A DNA stretch of 64,000 nucleotides, taken from NCBI GenBank assembly GCA_937892925.1, contig CALBHX010000032.1, positions 1,695-65,694 of the forward strand, in the 5' to 3' direction. Below, piece after piece: positions 1 to 9,575 of this stretch. The notes under the pieces are model-generated. The model was not told the DNA's origin, searched no databases, and worked only from the letters and a program-made list of their open reading frames with translations. A program made the position numbers and the translations under genes. This stretch comes from an uncultured Lentisphaeraceae bacterium. GTDB lineage: Bacteria > Verrucomicrobiota > Kiritimatiellia > RFP12 > DVOR01. Every line of letters starts with the position of its first letter. Position 1 is the first letter of the stretch.

Positions 1-1
1 C

Positions 2-433
2 GTCATTCAAACGCGGCTCCGGTTTGATACAGTGGAAGACTATAGTGGCAGTGTGCCGATGTTTGATCGCTATTTTATTGGCGGCGCTCGAACGCTTCGT
101 GGGTTTGAATTCCGCGATGGCGGCCCCAAGGCTTACCAACACACGGGTAAACGTGGCGACCACGTGGCTATTGGCGGGCAGACTCTTTGGTGTGCCTCTC
201 TGGAATATTCCATTCCACTGACCTCCATCCTGCGCTTTGCGGTCTTTACCGATGTGGGAGCGGTGGGCGAAGACTTCTGCGACCTCGGCGGCGACCTGTT
301 ATGGTCTGTCGGATGCGGGCTGCGTTTGGATTTGGCCAAATTCCCGATTCGTTTGGATGTAGCCAAGCCTGTCACCAACGACGATGACACCGAGGAGGAA
401 GTCTTTACCTTCTCTCTCGGTATCGTAGACTGA
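2..433 (+). CDS. bamA: Outer-membrane protein assembly factor BamA/Omp85 family, C-terminal part (gene starts upstream of the window)
   Basis: Frame is open to the window edge. C-terminal beta-barrel motifs (FIGGARTLRGFEFRDGGPK ... SVGCGLRLD ... FTFSLG) are typical of the Omp85/bacterial surface antigen family, and a skp-like gene follows immediately. Confidence 0.7.
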   Translation, partial: VIQTRLRFDTVEDYSGSVPMFDRYFIGGARTLRGFEFRDGGPKAYQHTGKRGDHVAIGGQTLWCASLEYSIPLTSILRFAVFTDVGAVGEDFCDLGGDLLWSVGCGLRLDLAKFPIRLDVAKPVTNDDDTEEEVFTFSLGIVD

Positions 434-450
434 GTTAAGAAAGGAACCCT

Positions 451-1032
451 ATGAAATCGGCTCTGTTTGCCCTGAGTTTATTCATCGCTGCCGCGACCTT
501 CGCACAAGGGATGGCTATTGTAGATATGGAAGCCGTTCTGGCGCGGCATCCCAATACACCCAATGACAAAAAACTGTTAGAAGACACCTTAGCAGAGTTT
601 TCAAAGGAACGCGACACCCTTCGTGAAACACTAAATGCCAAGCGTGCAGACCTTGAAAAACAGGTCAAAGAAGCTCAAAACCCTATGCTTGCGCCGGCAA
701 AAGTCGAGGAACTCCGCCAGCAGTGCGAGGCAAAATATACCGAGCTTCAACGCGAAAGTGAAGCCGCTGAACAGAAAATGGCCGGGCGGAGCCGTGAACT
801 TTCCGAGCTGGAAGCTAGGTTAATCAAGCGAACAACACAGGAGATTCAGGCTCATATTACCGCCTATGCGAAAAAACGCGGATTGGATGCCGTGATTTAT
901 AAGAATGCGGTAGCCTATGTCAAACCCGCCCTTGACATCACGGAACCCATCGTTATGCTTTGCGGCGGTAAGTCGGAACCTAAAGATACCTCCAAAGGCG
1001 CCGAAGAATTGAAAGCTCCGGCCAAACCATAA
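451..1032 (+). CDS. Periplasmic chaperone Skp/OmpH-like (signal peptide plus coiled coil)
   Basis: N-terminal signal peptide MKSALFALSLFIAAATFAQG, charged coiled-coil body of about 190 aa, and the classic position directly downstream of bamA. A putative RBS (AAAGGAA) lies upstream. Confidence 0.55.
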   Translation: MKSALFALSLFIAAATFAQGMAIVDMEAVLARHPNTPNDKKLLEDTLAEFSKERDTLRETLNAKRADLEKQVKEAQNPMLAPAKVEELRQQCEAKYTELQRESEAAEQKMAGRSRELSELEARLIKRTTQEIQAHITAYAKKRGLDAVIYKNAVAYVKPALDITEPIVMLCGGKSEPKDTSKGAEELKAPAKP

Positions 1033-1068
1033 ATCTCGTCATCTTCATTCTCCGACAAAGGGTTCAAC

Positions 1069-1497
1069 ATGTCACACGCCTGCGAAGAAAGTTTAACACT
1101 CAATTTGGACTTTACAAAGATTGCTAAAGTTGCCGCGAATATCAAAGAAGAAAAAGATCATGTGATCCCCGTTGCCATCCAACACGTGGATACGCATGAA
1201 GTGATCCTCATCGCCTATACCAACCGGCAGGCCATGGAGCTGACGTTCAAAACGCGTACCCTGACCCTGTGGTCCACCTCACGGAATGAACTCTGGGAAA
1301 AAGGTAAAACTTCCGGCGAAACGTTTGAGGTTCTGGAAGCTCGCGTCAACTGCGAACAAAATTCCCTCGTTTACTTCGTTCGTCCGCGCCGTGGCAATAT
1401 CTGCCACACCAAGAATAAAGCCGGGCAGCCCCGCAATTGTTATTATCGGCGAATTGACCTGAATGATGGAACGACGCTCACCAATCTGGATCCATAA
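1069..1497 (+). CDS. hisI: Phosphoribosyl-AMP cyclohydrolase (stand-alone HisI)
   Basis: Motifs VIPVAIQHV...EVILIAYTNRQA...LWSTSRNELWEKGKTSGE...C..N.L......G.ICHT match the HisI cyclohydrolase domain. It is not fused to HisE. Confidence 0.75.
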   Translation: MSHACEESLTLNLDFTKIAKVAANIKEEKDHVIPVAIQHVDTHEVILIAYTNRQAMELTFKTRTLTLWSTSRNELWEKGKTSGETFEVLEARVNCEQNSLVYFVRPRRGNICHTKNKAGQPRNCYYRRIDLNDGTTLTNLDP

Positions 1498-1506
1498 TCA
1501 GTTGGC

Positions 1507-3318
1507 ATGACGGCCGTAGAAGAAGACAGCCTTGTTATCCGCCGGTTCTTCGGAACCGGCGGCCTTTCTGTTATTCTTCCCTTTCACTGTGTCGGGAAAG
1601 ACCTCACCTGGCAGAATCTGAACGTCCTCGCATCGTGGGCGCAAAGCATCGGGCTTGCGTGTGAGTGGATTCCCGTTGATGACGGCAGTACCGATGATAC
1701 GGCGGAAGCCATCGCCTCATTTGCCGCCACGCATCCGGCTTGTCATCCGATTTTTCTGCCCGAAAATCAAGGCAAAGGCGCCGCCATTCTCACCGGGCTC
1801 CAATACGTGACAAAAACTTGGACACTTCTTCTGGATGGCGATCTGGATTTGGATCCGGCCATGCTCCCAGCCTTTTGTCTGACGGCAGAAACCACCCAGG
1901 CAAAAATTATTGTGGGAAGTAAGCGTCATGCCTGTGCTGAAGTGAAATATCCCCTTCATCGACGATTTTTTAGTACTCTCTATCATGGGTTTACGCAATG
2001 CCTGCTTCCGTTGGGGATCCACGATACACAAAGCGGCATGAAACTCTTTCATACCCATGAATTACGCATACTCGCGGAAAAGGTACTGGTAAAACGTTTT
2101 GCATTTGATTTAGAGTTCCTAGCCGCTGCTCGAGAAAGTCATATTCCTATCGCCGAAGCTCCGGTTCGCGTCCTAACCTTCGGGAACAAATGGGGCTGTC
2201 TCTCCTGGAAAGTCTTCTGGCGAACGCTGTTAGACACGCTCGCCATCGCCTACCGGGCACGCATTCTGCATTATTATGCCAGTTTAACTCCACTCCCACC
2301 GCTTCCGGATCCATCGCATGGACCCCTGTTCAGTATTATTGTTGCCTGCCCTGGAGACAGCCCAGTCCTGAGAAAACTGATTGACGCCCTGAAAGCGCAA
2401 ACCTATCGAAACTTTGAAGTTCTGTTCCTGCCCGACCGGCTGCTTGTCCGCCCGGAGACAAACTACCGGTTCCGTATCCTTGCCACGGGAAGTGTCCGCC
2501 CAGCGAAAAAACGCAACCTCGGAGCTGCCGCGGCTGTTGGCGACATTTTGGTTTTTATTGATGACGACGCCTATCCAAGGCCAGACTGGCTTGCCCAAGC
2601 AGCCAGACGCTTTACAAACGTTGAATCCACTCCAACTATCGATGCCCTAGGCGGGCCTGGGTTAACGCCTCCGGAAGATCCGCCGAATGCGCAACTCTCC
2701 GGTCTCATCTTTGCGTCTCCGCTTGTTTCCGGCAATTTCCGTTACCGATACTTCATTCAGGGCGCTTTACGTCGTGTAGAAGATTTTCCAAGCTGCAATC
2801 TATTCGTTCGAAAAGCTGCGTTTAATGCGATTCATGGGTTCCGCGAAGACTTCTGGCCAGGGGAAGATACGCTTCTTTGTGCCGACTTACAGCAGCAAGG
2901 GTACACCTTATGGTATGACCCGCGCGTTGTTGTGTACCATCACCGACGCCCCATCTTCGGACCGCATTTGCGCCAAGTAGGGCGTTACGCCCTGCATCGC
3001 GGCTACTTTGCGCGTTGTATCGGATTCAATTCCAGACGACTTTCCTATTCTCTTCCTAGCCTTTTTGTGATTGGTGTATTGGCAGGACCCGTCGCGGCAT
3101 TGTGGGCACCCTTTTTATTTGTGCCCTATATCTTCATCTGTGGACTTTATTTGTTGACCACCCTCACCGATGCAATTTTAGAAGCCCCGGCATGGCGCTG
3201 GATCATCCCCTTGTGGATGGGCATTATTGGAACACACTTCTGGTATGGCGTGCGTTTTATCCAGGGCTTTTGTTCCCTTAAAATGCCCTGCCGTGTCCGC
3301 CCTTTTGATCACCGCTAA
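1507..3318 (+). CDS. Tandem family-2 glycosyltransferase (two GT2 domains) with C-terminal multi-TM region
   Basis: First GT2 domain: DDGSTDDT...LLLDGDLDLD. Second GT2 domain: FSIIVACPGDS...FIDDDAYPRPDWL, GFREDFWPGEDTLLC. The last ~100 aa are hydrophobic helices. Confidence 0.6.
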   Translation: MTAVEEDSLVIRRFFGTGGLSVILPFHCVGKDLTWQNLNVLASWAQSIGLACEWIPVDDGSTDDTAEAIASFAATHPACHPIFLPENQGKGAAILTGLQYVTKTWTLLLDGDLDLDPAMLPAFCLTAETTQAKIIVGSKRHACAEVKYPLHRRFFSTLYHGFTQCLLPLGIHDTQSGMKLFHTHELRILAEKVLVKRFAFDLEFLAAARESHIPIAEAPVRVLTFGNKWGCLSWKVFWRTLLDTLAIAYRARILHYYASLTPLPPLPDPSHGPLFSIIVACPGDSPVLRKLIDALKAQTYRNFEVLFLPDRLLVRPETNYRFRILATGSVRPAKKRNLGAAAAVGDILVFIDDDAYPRPDWLAQAARRFTNVESTPTIDALGGPGLTPPEDPPNAQLSGLIFASPLVSGNFRYRYFIQGALRRVEDFPSCNLFVRKAAFNAIHGFREDFWPGEDTLLCADLQQQGYTLWYDPRVVVYHHRRPIFGPHLRQVGRYALHRGYFARCIGFNSRRLSYSLPSLFVIGVLAGPVAALWAPFLFVPYIFICGLYLLTTLTDAILEAPAWRWIIPLWMGIIGTHFWYGVRFIQGFCSLKMPCRVRPFDHR

Positions 3319-3326
3319 CGTCAGAT

Positions 3327-4427
3327 TCAGATACACACGCAGGTCAATTCCCGAAGCATTGCATCCAATACTTCATAACCGCGTGTAGTCGGTGCGAAGT
3401 TTTCCGTCAACAATCCCTGGTGATAAAAAACTTCCAATTTGCGTTGCCAAAAGCGTGCATACGGTGCCAACACCGGATAATCGGAAACCACAGCCGAAAC
3501 CGAAAACCCCCTATTCAGTCGCAGCTGCGTCAACGTACGCTCCAAGGCATCTTCAAGAGGTTCAAGATAGACTTCCGTGCCATCTCCTGACCTCCGCAAA
3601 GCTCCTAACCGCGAGGCTGCGCCATGCCCAAGCCCAAGATAATCCCCCCCATGCCATGTATTCAGATTATGCCGACAGGTAAAACCCGGGCGTGCATAAT
3701 TGGATGTTTCATATCGAACGAATCCTGCCTGCAACAACCGTTCTGCAGCCCAAGCCACCGCATCACATACACAATCTGAATCTGGCTCCGTCATTCCCTG
3801 CTTATGCCAAACACTCCCCGAGTCAATCGAAAGCGCATACACAGACACATGCTGCAATCCCAACGCCACCGCCTGCTCTACCGTATCCCGCCAAACAGAT
3901 GATGACACCATGGGAAGCCCGGCAATCAGATCAATCCCAACATCCGAGAAGAACTGTTGTGCACAGGCAATCGCCTCTAAAGCCTGACGTACCGAATGCC
4001 GGCGGTTGCACAGCTGAAGTGTTTTCTCATCAAAACTCTGTACCCCTATTGACAGCCGCGTCACCCCTGCTTGAACCAAAGCCGCCAACAGTTTTGGCGT
4101 AACTGTTGCCGGATGCGCTTCAACAGTCCATTCCCCACCGGGAACCAACCGAAAAGCCCCGGAAACTGCCAGCCGGTGGAAGCCCTCTGCACCCAAAAGC
4201 GTAGGCGTTCCTCCCCCGCAGTAGATCGTCTCAAGCGGCATTGACAACATCGCCCGTGACCGTACAGCCTCTGCCAGAACCGCTTCCACATAAATCGCAG
4301 GGCTCTGAACCGGCAAGCCGGAGACAAAGGCACAATATCCACACCGCCCCGAACAAAAGGGGACATGAATATAAAGATGGCGAACGGGAACCACCTCCAT
4401 CTCGCCCCTGCAGTCGGATCTATTCAC
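3327..4427 (-). CDS. hemW: Radical SAM heme chaperone HemW (coproporphyrinogen-III oxidase-like). The start may be the downstream ATG near 4400.
   Basis: HLYIHVPFCSGRCGYCAF radical-SAM CxxxCxxC motif in HemN/HemW context. The ~366 aa length fits HemW rather than HemN. Confidence 0.65.
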   Translation of the reverse strand: MNRSDCRGEMEVVPVRHLYIHVPFCSGRCGYCAFVSGLPVQSPAIYVEAVLAEAVRSRAMLSMPLETIYCGGGTPTLLGAEGFHRLAVSGAFRLVPGGEWTVEAHPATVTPKLLAALVQAGVTRLSIGVQSFDEKTLQLCNRRHSVRQALEAIACAQQFFSDVGIDLIAGLPMVSSSVWRDTVEQAVALGLQHVSVYALSIDSGSVWHKQGMTEPDSDCVCDAVAWAAERLLQAGFVRYETSNYARPGFTCRHNLNTWHGGDYLGLGHGAASRLGALRRSGDGTEVYLEPLEDALERTLTQLRLNRGFSVSAVVSDYPVLAPYARFWQRKLEVFYHQGLLTENFAPTTRGYEVLDAMLRELTCVCI

Positions 4428-5004
4428 CCAGCGCCTCGTTAAGCTCCTGGAGATTCTTCAAGCCGAAATGTTCAAGAAACGTTGCGGTGGTACCATACAA
4501 AAAGGGACGCCCCGGCAATTCACTCCGCCCCACCGTGCGAATCAAATTCAACTCCAATAGAGCCCGGAGTGTGTGATCCACCGAAACCCCGCGAACCGAC
4601 TCAATTTCAGCACGACTGATTGGCTGCCGATAGGCAACAATCGCCAGTGTTTCCAACCCCGAACGCGATAGACGCTGCGGAGCAGGTGCCTGCAGTAATA
4701 CACGCAGCCAGGGTGCTGCAGCCGGGATGGTACGCAACGAAAAGCGTCCATCTTCCTCACACAGACGCAGTCCCAAATCGGAGTAGCCAAGCGTAGCTGC
4801 AATATCCGCGAGATAACTTTTGATCTGCCGTAAACTCACCGCAGCAAACGTGGCTGCCGGGGATCCCGATTCTGCATCTTTCCCCGCCGTTTGGAGAATC
4901 TTTCTTAAATCCTCAGCGGAAAGCGGAACTTCAGAAGCAAACAGCAGAGCTCCGATCACCGATTGAAGGCTTTTAGGTTCAGGCAACACATCCTTATCGT
5001 TCAT
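4420..5004 (-). CDS. scpB: Segregation and condensation protein B
   Basis: Winged-helix ScpB signature ...SELPGRPFLYGTTATFLEHFGLKNLQELNE..., 194 aa. No scpA is adjacent. Confidence 0.75.
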   Translation of the reverse strand: MNDKDVLPEPKSLQSVIGALLFASEVPLSAEDLRKILQTAGKDAESGSPAATFAAVSLRQIKSYLADIAATLGYSDLGLRLCEEDGRFSLRTIPAAAPWLRVLLQAPAPQRLSRSGLETLAIVAYRQPISRAEIESVRGVSVDHTLRALLELNLIRTVGRSELPGRPFLYGTTATFLEHFGLKNLQELNEALGE

Positions 5005-5310
5005 GGTGAATTACTATAACAAACCTCCATTCATACGGCACCGTGTTTCTCTTCGATCGGAATCTCCATACGCCGTATTTCCGCAACCCTTTACATTTTC
5101 GTGTGAAATTATTCAACCGTATCCTACAATACCTTGCAAGCAGTTTAACCTGTAAATCCGAAACGCACTGATTTATAAGTTGCCCCGAAGCCTGCGCAAG
5201 TCAAGAAGAACCTGGAACAGCACTTATCTCAAAAGCCCCAGCCCACTTCCTTTATTCTTCCCTTCCCAGATAACTTCCAAACACTTCTTACATGTGTTTA
5301 TATCTTCATT

Positions 5311-5347
5311 CTAAACAAACAAAACGGCGTTACCCTTCAGTAACGCC
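5311..5347 (-). terminator. Rho-independent terminator downstream of the DedA-family gene
   Basis: Perfect 8-bp stem ggcgttac/gtaacgcc (5326-5347) with a 6-nt loop. On the minus strand it is followed by GTTTTGTTTGTTT, about 50 nt after the 5397 stop. Confidence 0.45.
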
Positions 5348-5396
5348 TAATCGTTCAATGCTCAACCATCCACTCAACGTTCAGGGACAGCTAACC

Positions 5397-6071
5397 TCAA
5401 TGCGGTACAGAAGCCGACTCCGACAACCATCTCTGATAAAACCGCAGACTCCCCATCATTCCCGCCGAAACCAGAATAGAACAACCGAAAGCTGGCACCA
5501 TGGCATCCGTTGACTTTCCCCATGCACCTACCACGGCATACACCATCGAAACTACTGCGTTCCCCAACATCAAGGGAAGCAGAATTCGTCTAAACGGAAG
5601 ACGGCTGATTCCGGAAAACAACATGGAACCTTCCGCCAAAACAGGAATCGTTCGCAAAGCCACAATCACCCACAAACCATGCCGTTGAAAGAACCGCTCG
5701 AACGTGACAGCTTCCTTCACACCTAACAGCATGCGAGCCCGTCTAGCACACGCAAGCCCCGTCCAGTAGCCCAGTACACCACTCACCGTCATGGCCGTGC
5801 ATGAGAGCCAAAAACCTCCCCAAACACCCAAAAAAATTCCACAAAGCGTACTGACCAAGCTACTGGGAATTGGAAGATAAATATCCAACGCAAGTGCAGC
5901 AAACAAAATCCCCGCCACCCACCAGCGTTCTCCGCCCTCCTGCGTAGCAAACGTATTAAAAAAGGTTTCAATTGGAGCTTCAAAAAGAAAAAATGGAATC
6001 AGAATAGCTCCGCCAACCAACAAACAAAGCCACAGGGTTTTAGGCATAACGGGCAGCCGGGCTTGTCTCAT
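5397..6071 (-). CDS. DedA/TVP38/TMEM64-family integral membrane protein
   Basis: Multi-TM protein with the composition of the SNARE-associated/DedA family (…LPIPSSLVSTLCGIFLG…). Its ATG overlaps the stop of the upstream gene by 4 bp. Confidence 0.6.
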   Translation of the reverse strand: MRQARLPVMPKTLWLCLLVGGAILIPFFLFEAPIETFFNTFATQEGGERWWVAGILFAALALDIYLPIPSSLVSTLCGIFLGVWGGFWLSCTAMTVSGVLGYWTGLACARRARMLLGVKEAVTFERFFQRHGLWVIVALRTIPVLAEGSMLFSGISRLPFRRILLPLMLGNAVVSMVYAVVGAWGKSTDAMVPAFGCSILVSAGMMGSLRFYQRWLSESASVPH

Positions 6072-7042
6072 GGCTGCACAGCATTCAGCGCCGCATCAAT
6101 GGCGGCCTGTTCTTCATGCGTAAGATCATTGATCGGGGATAGCGGCTCAACACCTTTTTTCATCAGATCAATATTTGCCTGCCTACGAAGCTGAGCCTGA
6201 GCCTCTGCGGAAAGCGCCCCTGCGGCCAACTGCTCCTCAAGCGCAGCTTTGGCGGCCTGCTGTTCAGCCCTCTGCCGCTTGACCTCTTCCTGCCGGTGTA
6301 CCACAAGCCTTTGGAGATAATCATGTGGAGACTCGCCAGCAGCCATGGCCTCTTTCAATTGCTCCACCCCAGCCTGAACCAAAGCCTCCCGCTCCGTCTC
6401 AGGTTCGGCGGCCTCCTTGTTTGGATCAAATTTCTTCGTAAAGTCCTCCGGATCAGCTTGGGGAATCGGAAGCGGCGGAGCCTCCACATCTGGCGGCAAA
6501 CTCAACTGCATGGCCACAAGTTGTTCGGCCAGTGAATTCGGCTTTTTCCGTTCCCGTTCCGCCTGTCTGGCGGCCTGTTCTTCCGCCTGTTGTTGCTGCT
6601 GCGCAAAGCGTTCCGGAGTGATTGTCTCGATCAACCCAAGTCCCAATGCGAGTGTGAAGTCAACCCCATCGCGCCTGAATGTAGCAATCTCACGATCCAA
6701 ATCTGAAAACAAGAGCGATAACCCATTCGCCGTTTCACCTTCAAAAAGCGTGATGTAAGCCGGTGGAGAGACACCGTTATCAATCAGCCCAACCGCAGTT
6801 CGACCATCTGGGGTGAACGTCATGGCGCAAAGTTGGATTTTATTAGATTCCTCACGCACTCTTTCCGCATCAACCGCTGTAACAGAATCAGTCGCGTTCG
6901 AATGTTCAGCCGCCATTGCTCCGAACGGCTCTTTTCGGATGATCAACTCATAATAGGATCTGGCGGGCATTCCCCATACATTGCCCCTCAAAAGCAGAAG
7001 CCCCATGTTCCAAACCATCAAGCCTCGAATGAATCGCTTCAT
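6068..7042 (-). CDS. Hypothetical secreted protein with Gln/Ala/Glu-rich coiled-coil C-terminal half
   Basis: N-terminal hydrophobic signal-like segment followed by a long charged heptad-like region (QQQQQAEEQAARQAERERKK...). Translationally coupled (ATGA overlaps) to the antiporter upstream and the DedA gene downstream. Confidence 0.4.
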   Translation of the reverse strand: MKRFIRGLMVWNMGLLLLRGNVWGMPARSYYELIIRKEPFGAMAAEHSNATDSVTAVDAERVREESNKIQLCAMTFTPDGRTAVGLIDNGVSPPAYITLFEGETANGLSLLFSDLDREIATFRRDGVDFTLALGLGLIETITPERFAQQQQQAEEQAARQAERERKKPNSLAEQLVAMQLSLPPDVEAPPLPIPQADPEDFTKKFDPNKEAAEPETEREALVQAGVEQLKEAMAAGESPHDYLQRLVVHRQEEVKRQRAEQQAAKAALEEQLAAGALSAEAQAQLRRQANIDLMKKGVEPLSPINDLTHEEQAAIDAALNAVQP

Positions 7043-9183
7043 GGCGTCATCAATCCTTTTCGAATTTCCGCCGCAGTCTGTGCCGTCAGCAGCGCCTCAC
7101 GTTTGGCGGAAGAACGCAACGCCGTAAGAATTGCCGTGATAAAGGTCATATACGGGCTATTAGCCGAGTTGGGCGTCAGAGTAAGGATAATAATACGGCA
7201 TCCGCGGCTTTCCTCGTCCTCGGAAAAATCAACGGGAGAGTCCGTAATGCCCACCGCGCAAACCAGTGTCTTAACCGCAGATGTTCGCGCATGGGGACAG
7301 GCTACGCCATAACCCACACCCGTTGACATAATATTCTCACGCTGCATGACTTCTGCTTCCGCCAACGCCACATTCTGCAACGCTCCAGTCGCGTGCAAAC
7401 GCGCAAGCATCTCATGGATAATACCATTCCGATCCCTCGCCTGCAGGTGGGGAATAATATTCTGTTCCTTAACATAGCGGGATAGAATAGAAATCCGGGG
7501 GTTTCCAATTTTGCCAGCTGCTTCCGGCGCAGGTGCATCAGCAATTCCCAAATGCGCACGTTCTGTAATTGGCTTGCGCAAAGCCTCCAATACAGCTTCA
7601 AACTCAGCTAATGACTCAGCCATGATCACTCGAACGAAAGGCATCACAGCAGCCGTTGCAGAAAACGTGATGGTTTCATCCCCGCAGAGAATATTCAAGA
7701 CCGTATCTGCACGGCGCGCCTGATAAAGCCCCTGAGCCGGATCAATCTGGTGAACAAAGAAACCTTCTTTCGTAAGATTTTGCACAATTTTGGCCATGAC
7801 ATTGTTGGTGACCGTGTGATTCGGGAAATGATACACGGCTTCCGGCCCGGTATGACGATCCGGCAAATGCCGATGGCCACGCCACTTGAGCTTAAACGCC
7901 ACCAATAACAGGGGCGGAGAAACTAAGGTGGTCAGCAACGTCATAAGCACCGCAACACCAAGTACCTCTTGATGCCCATTGGCTGCGGCAATGCCTGCAA
8001 TGATCAATGCTACCTCTCCACGTGGCACCATGCCCAACCCCACTCGCAGTGCCCCCATGGGCGTAAATCCAAAACAGAGAGTCGGCAAACCACACCCAAC
8101 CACTTTGGCTGCTACGGCGATACCTGTGTAGACCAATCCTACCAACAAGACCTGCTTATCCGCAAACTTGGAGACATCCACCATCATCCCCATGACCACG
8201 AAGAAGATCGGCACAAGAAATTGATACAACCCATGAAGCTTTTCCTGGATCATAATCCCCATTTCCGTACGCGAGAAGGAAAGCCCTGTTACATACGCAC
8301 CAATAATCATGGCCAGATGGACCTTCTCGAAAAGTCCTCCCACCAAAAGCGCTAGACCTAACGCCAAAACAGCAACTTCACCATGGGAACCACAGGGTTT
8401 GAGCAAACGTGCTACTTTTCGGGAAAGCAATAATCCCACCACCGTGGCTCCGACCCAAATCCCGAAGCTACGTCCCGCAATCAGGCTGATATGCGACCAT
8501 TGAACCGATTCACCTGCTGCTTTTGCCGCGATCATTCCCATACCGATGGCCAACATGATAATACCGAGCACATCGTCAATCACGGCTCCGGCCAAGATGG
8601 TAACCCCCTCCTGAGAATCTAGCTTCCGCCGTTCGGAAAGAATCCGCGCAGTAATGGAAACAGAGGTCGCCGTGCTCATAACGCCCATCAGAATTGCTGT
8701 CGGATCCGTCCACTCCAATCCAAGCAACCAGACCCCAACTCCCGCGCCAGAGAAATAGGACACCACAACTCCGCCAACTCCAACAAGAGAGCCGACGGCA
8801 GAATAACGCATAAACATGCGCAAATCCGTCTCCGCACCCACAAGAAATAGCAACACGACCGAGGCCACCGTACAAAGTCCATACAACTCTGGCGCCACAA
8901 CCACCGGCGAACCCGCAAACGCCTGAAAACACCACCCAGGAATCCATCTTCCCAACGCGAAGGGGCCAATCAAAATACCTGCGCACAACTCACCCAACAC
9001 ACTCGGCAAGCGCAGCCGCGTAAAGAGCAAATTCCCGAATCGCGCAGCAAACAAAATTATACCCACCTGAATCGCAAGAAGCGTCATCCGGTGGGTAACC
9101 TCCACTTGAGGCGTTGTTCCCGCTGCACATAATGGCAAAGCGGCACATATGGAAAGAATAAAAAACAAAATCTTCATGGCCAT
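7039..9183 (-). CDS. Cation:proton antiporter (CPA1/CPA2-like Na+/H+ or K+/H+ exchanger) fused to a C-terminal PTS EIIA(Ntr)/EIIA-2-type regulatory domain
   Basis: About 420 aa of 11-13 TM helices typical of Na_H exchangers. A C-terminal ~150 aa domain carries the EIIA-2 active-site motif GVGYGVACPHAR (compare GIAIPHG/GVAIPHAR in fructose-type EIIA and PtsN). Confidence 0.65.
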   Translation of the reverse strand: MAMKILFFILSICAALPLCAAGTTPQVEVTHRMTLLAIQVGIILFAARFGNLLFTRLRLPSVLGELCAGILIGPFALGRWIPGWCFQAFAGSPVVVAPELYGLCTVASVVLLFLVGAETDLRMFMRYSAVGSLVGVGGVVVSYFSGAGVGVWLLGLEWTDPTAILMGVMSTATSVSITARILSERRKLDSQEGVTILAGAVIDDVLGIIMLAIGMGMIAAKAAGESVQWSHISLIAGRSFGIWVGATVVGLLLSRKVARLLKPCGSHGEVAVLALGLALLVGGLFEKVHLAMIIGAYVTGLSFSRTEMGIMIQEKLHGLYQFLVPIFFVVMGMMVDVSKFADKQVLLVGLVYTGIAVAAKVVGCGLPTLCFGFTPMGALRVGLGMVPRGEVALIIAGIAAANGHQEVLGVAVLMTLLTTLVSPPLLLVAFKLKWRGHRHLPDRHTGPEAVYHFPNHTVTNNVMAKIVQNLTKEGFFVHQIDPAQGLYQARRADTVLNILCGDETITFSATAAVMPFVRVIMAESLAEFEAVLEALRKPITERAHLGIADAPAPEAAGKIGNPRISILSRYVKEQNIIPHLQARDRNGIIHEMLARLHATGALQNVALAEAEVMQRENIMSTGVGYGVACPHARTSAVKTLVCAVGITDSPVDFSEDEESRGCRIIILTLTPNSANSPYMTFITAILTALRSSAKREALLTAQTAAEIRKGLMTP

Positions 9184-9575
9184 TCATTGTAACAAAAAGT
9201 ATCGCAAGGAAGGAAGTATTAGGTAACGCGGTCAACGAGAATATCATCATATGGCCTGAGAGCCTTTGTGACACATACGCATTCTAATCTTGTGGGTTCA
9301 TTCCAACAATCCGTAAGTCGCACAACATTCTTACAGACACCTCCAACAGTACCTGTTCTGCACTATCTTACGAGGGATCAAAACACGCATTCTGCTTCAC
9401 ATTCTTGTGTCATAAAAACGCGTAACTCTTAGATAATGGGAGGAAAATCCTCAACTTTCACACCCTTTTTCACATCCCAGCCAAGCATTATTCCACACAT
9501 CTTCCACAGAAACATCTGTTTCACCACTTGTACCGAGTCGTTCTTTTTGTTCATCTTTGATAGAATTTGTGCCTT

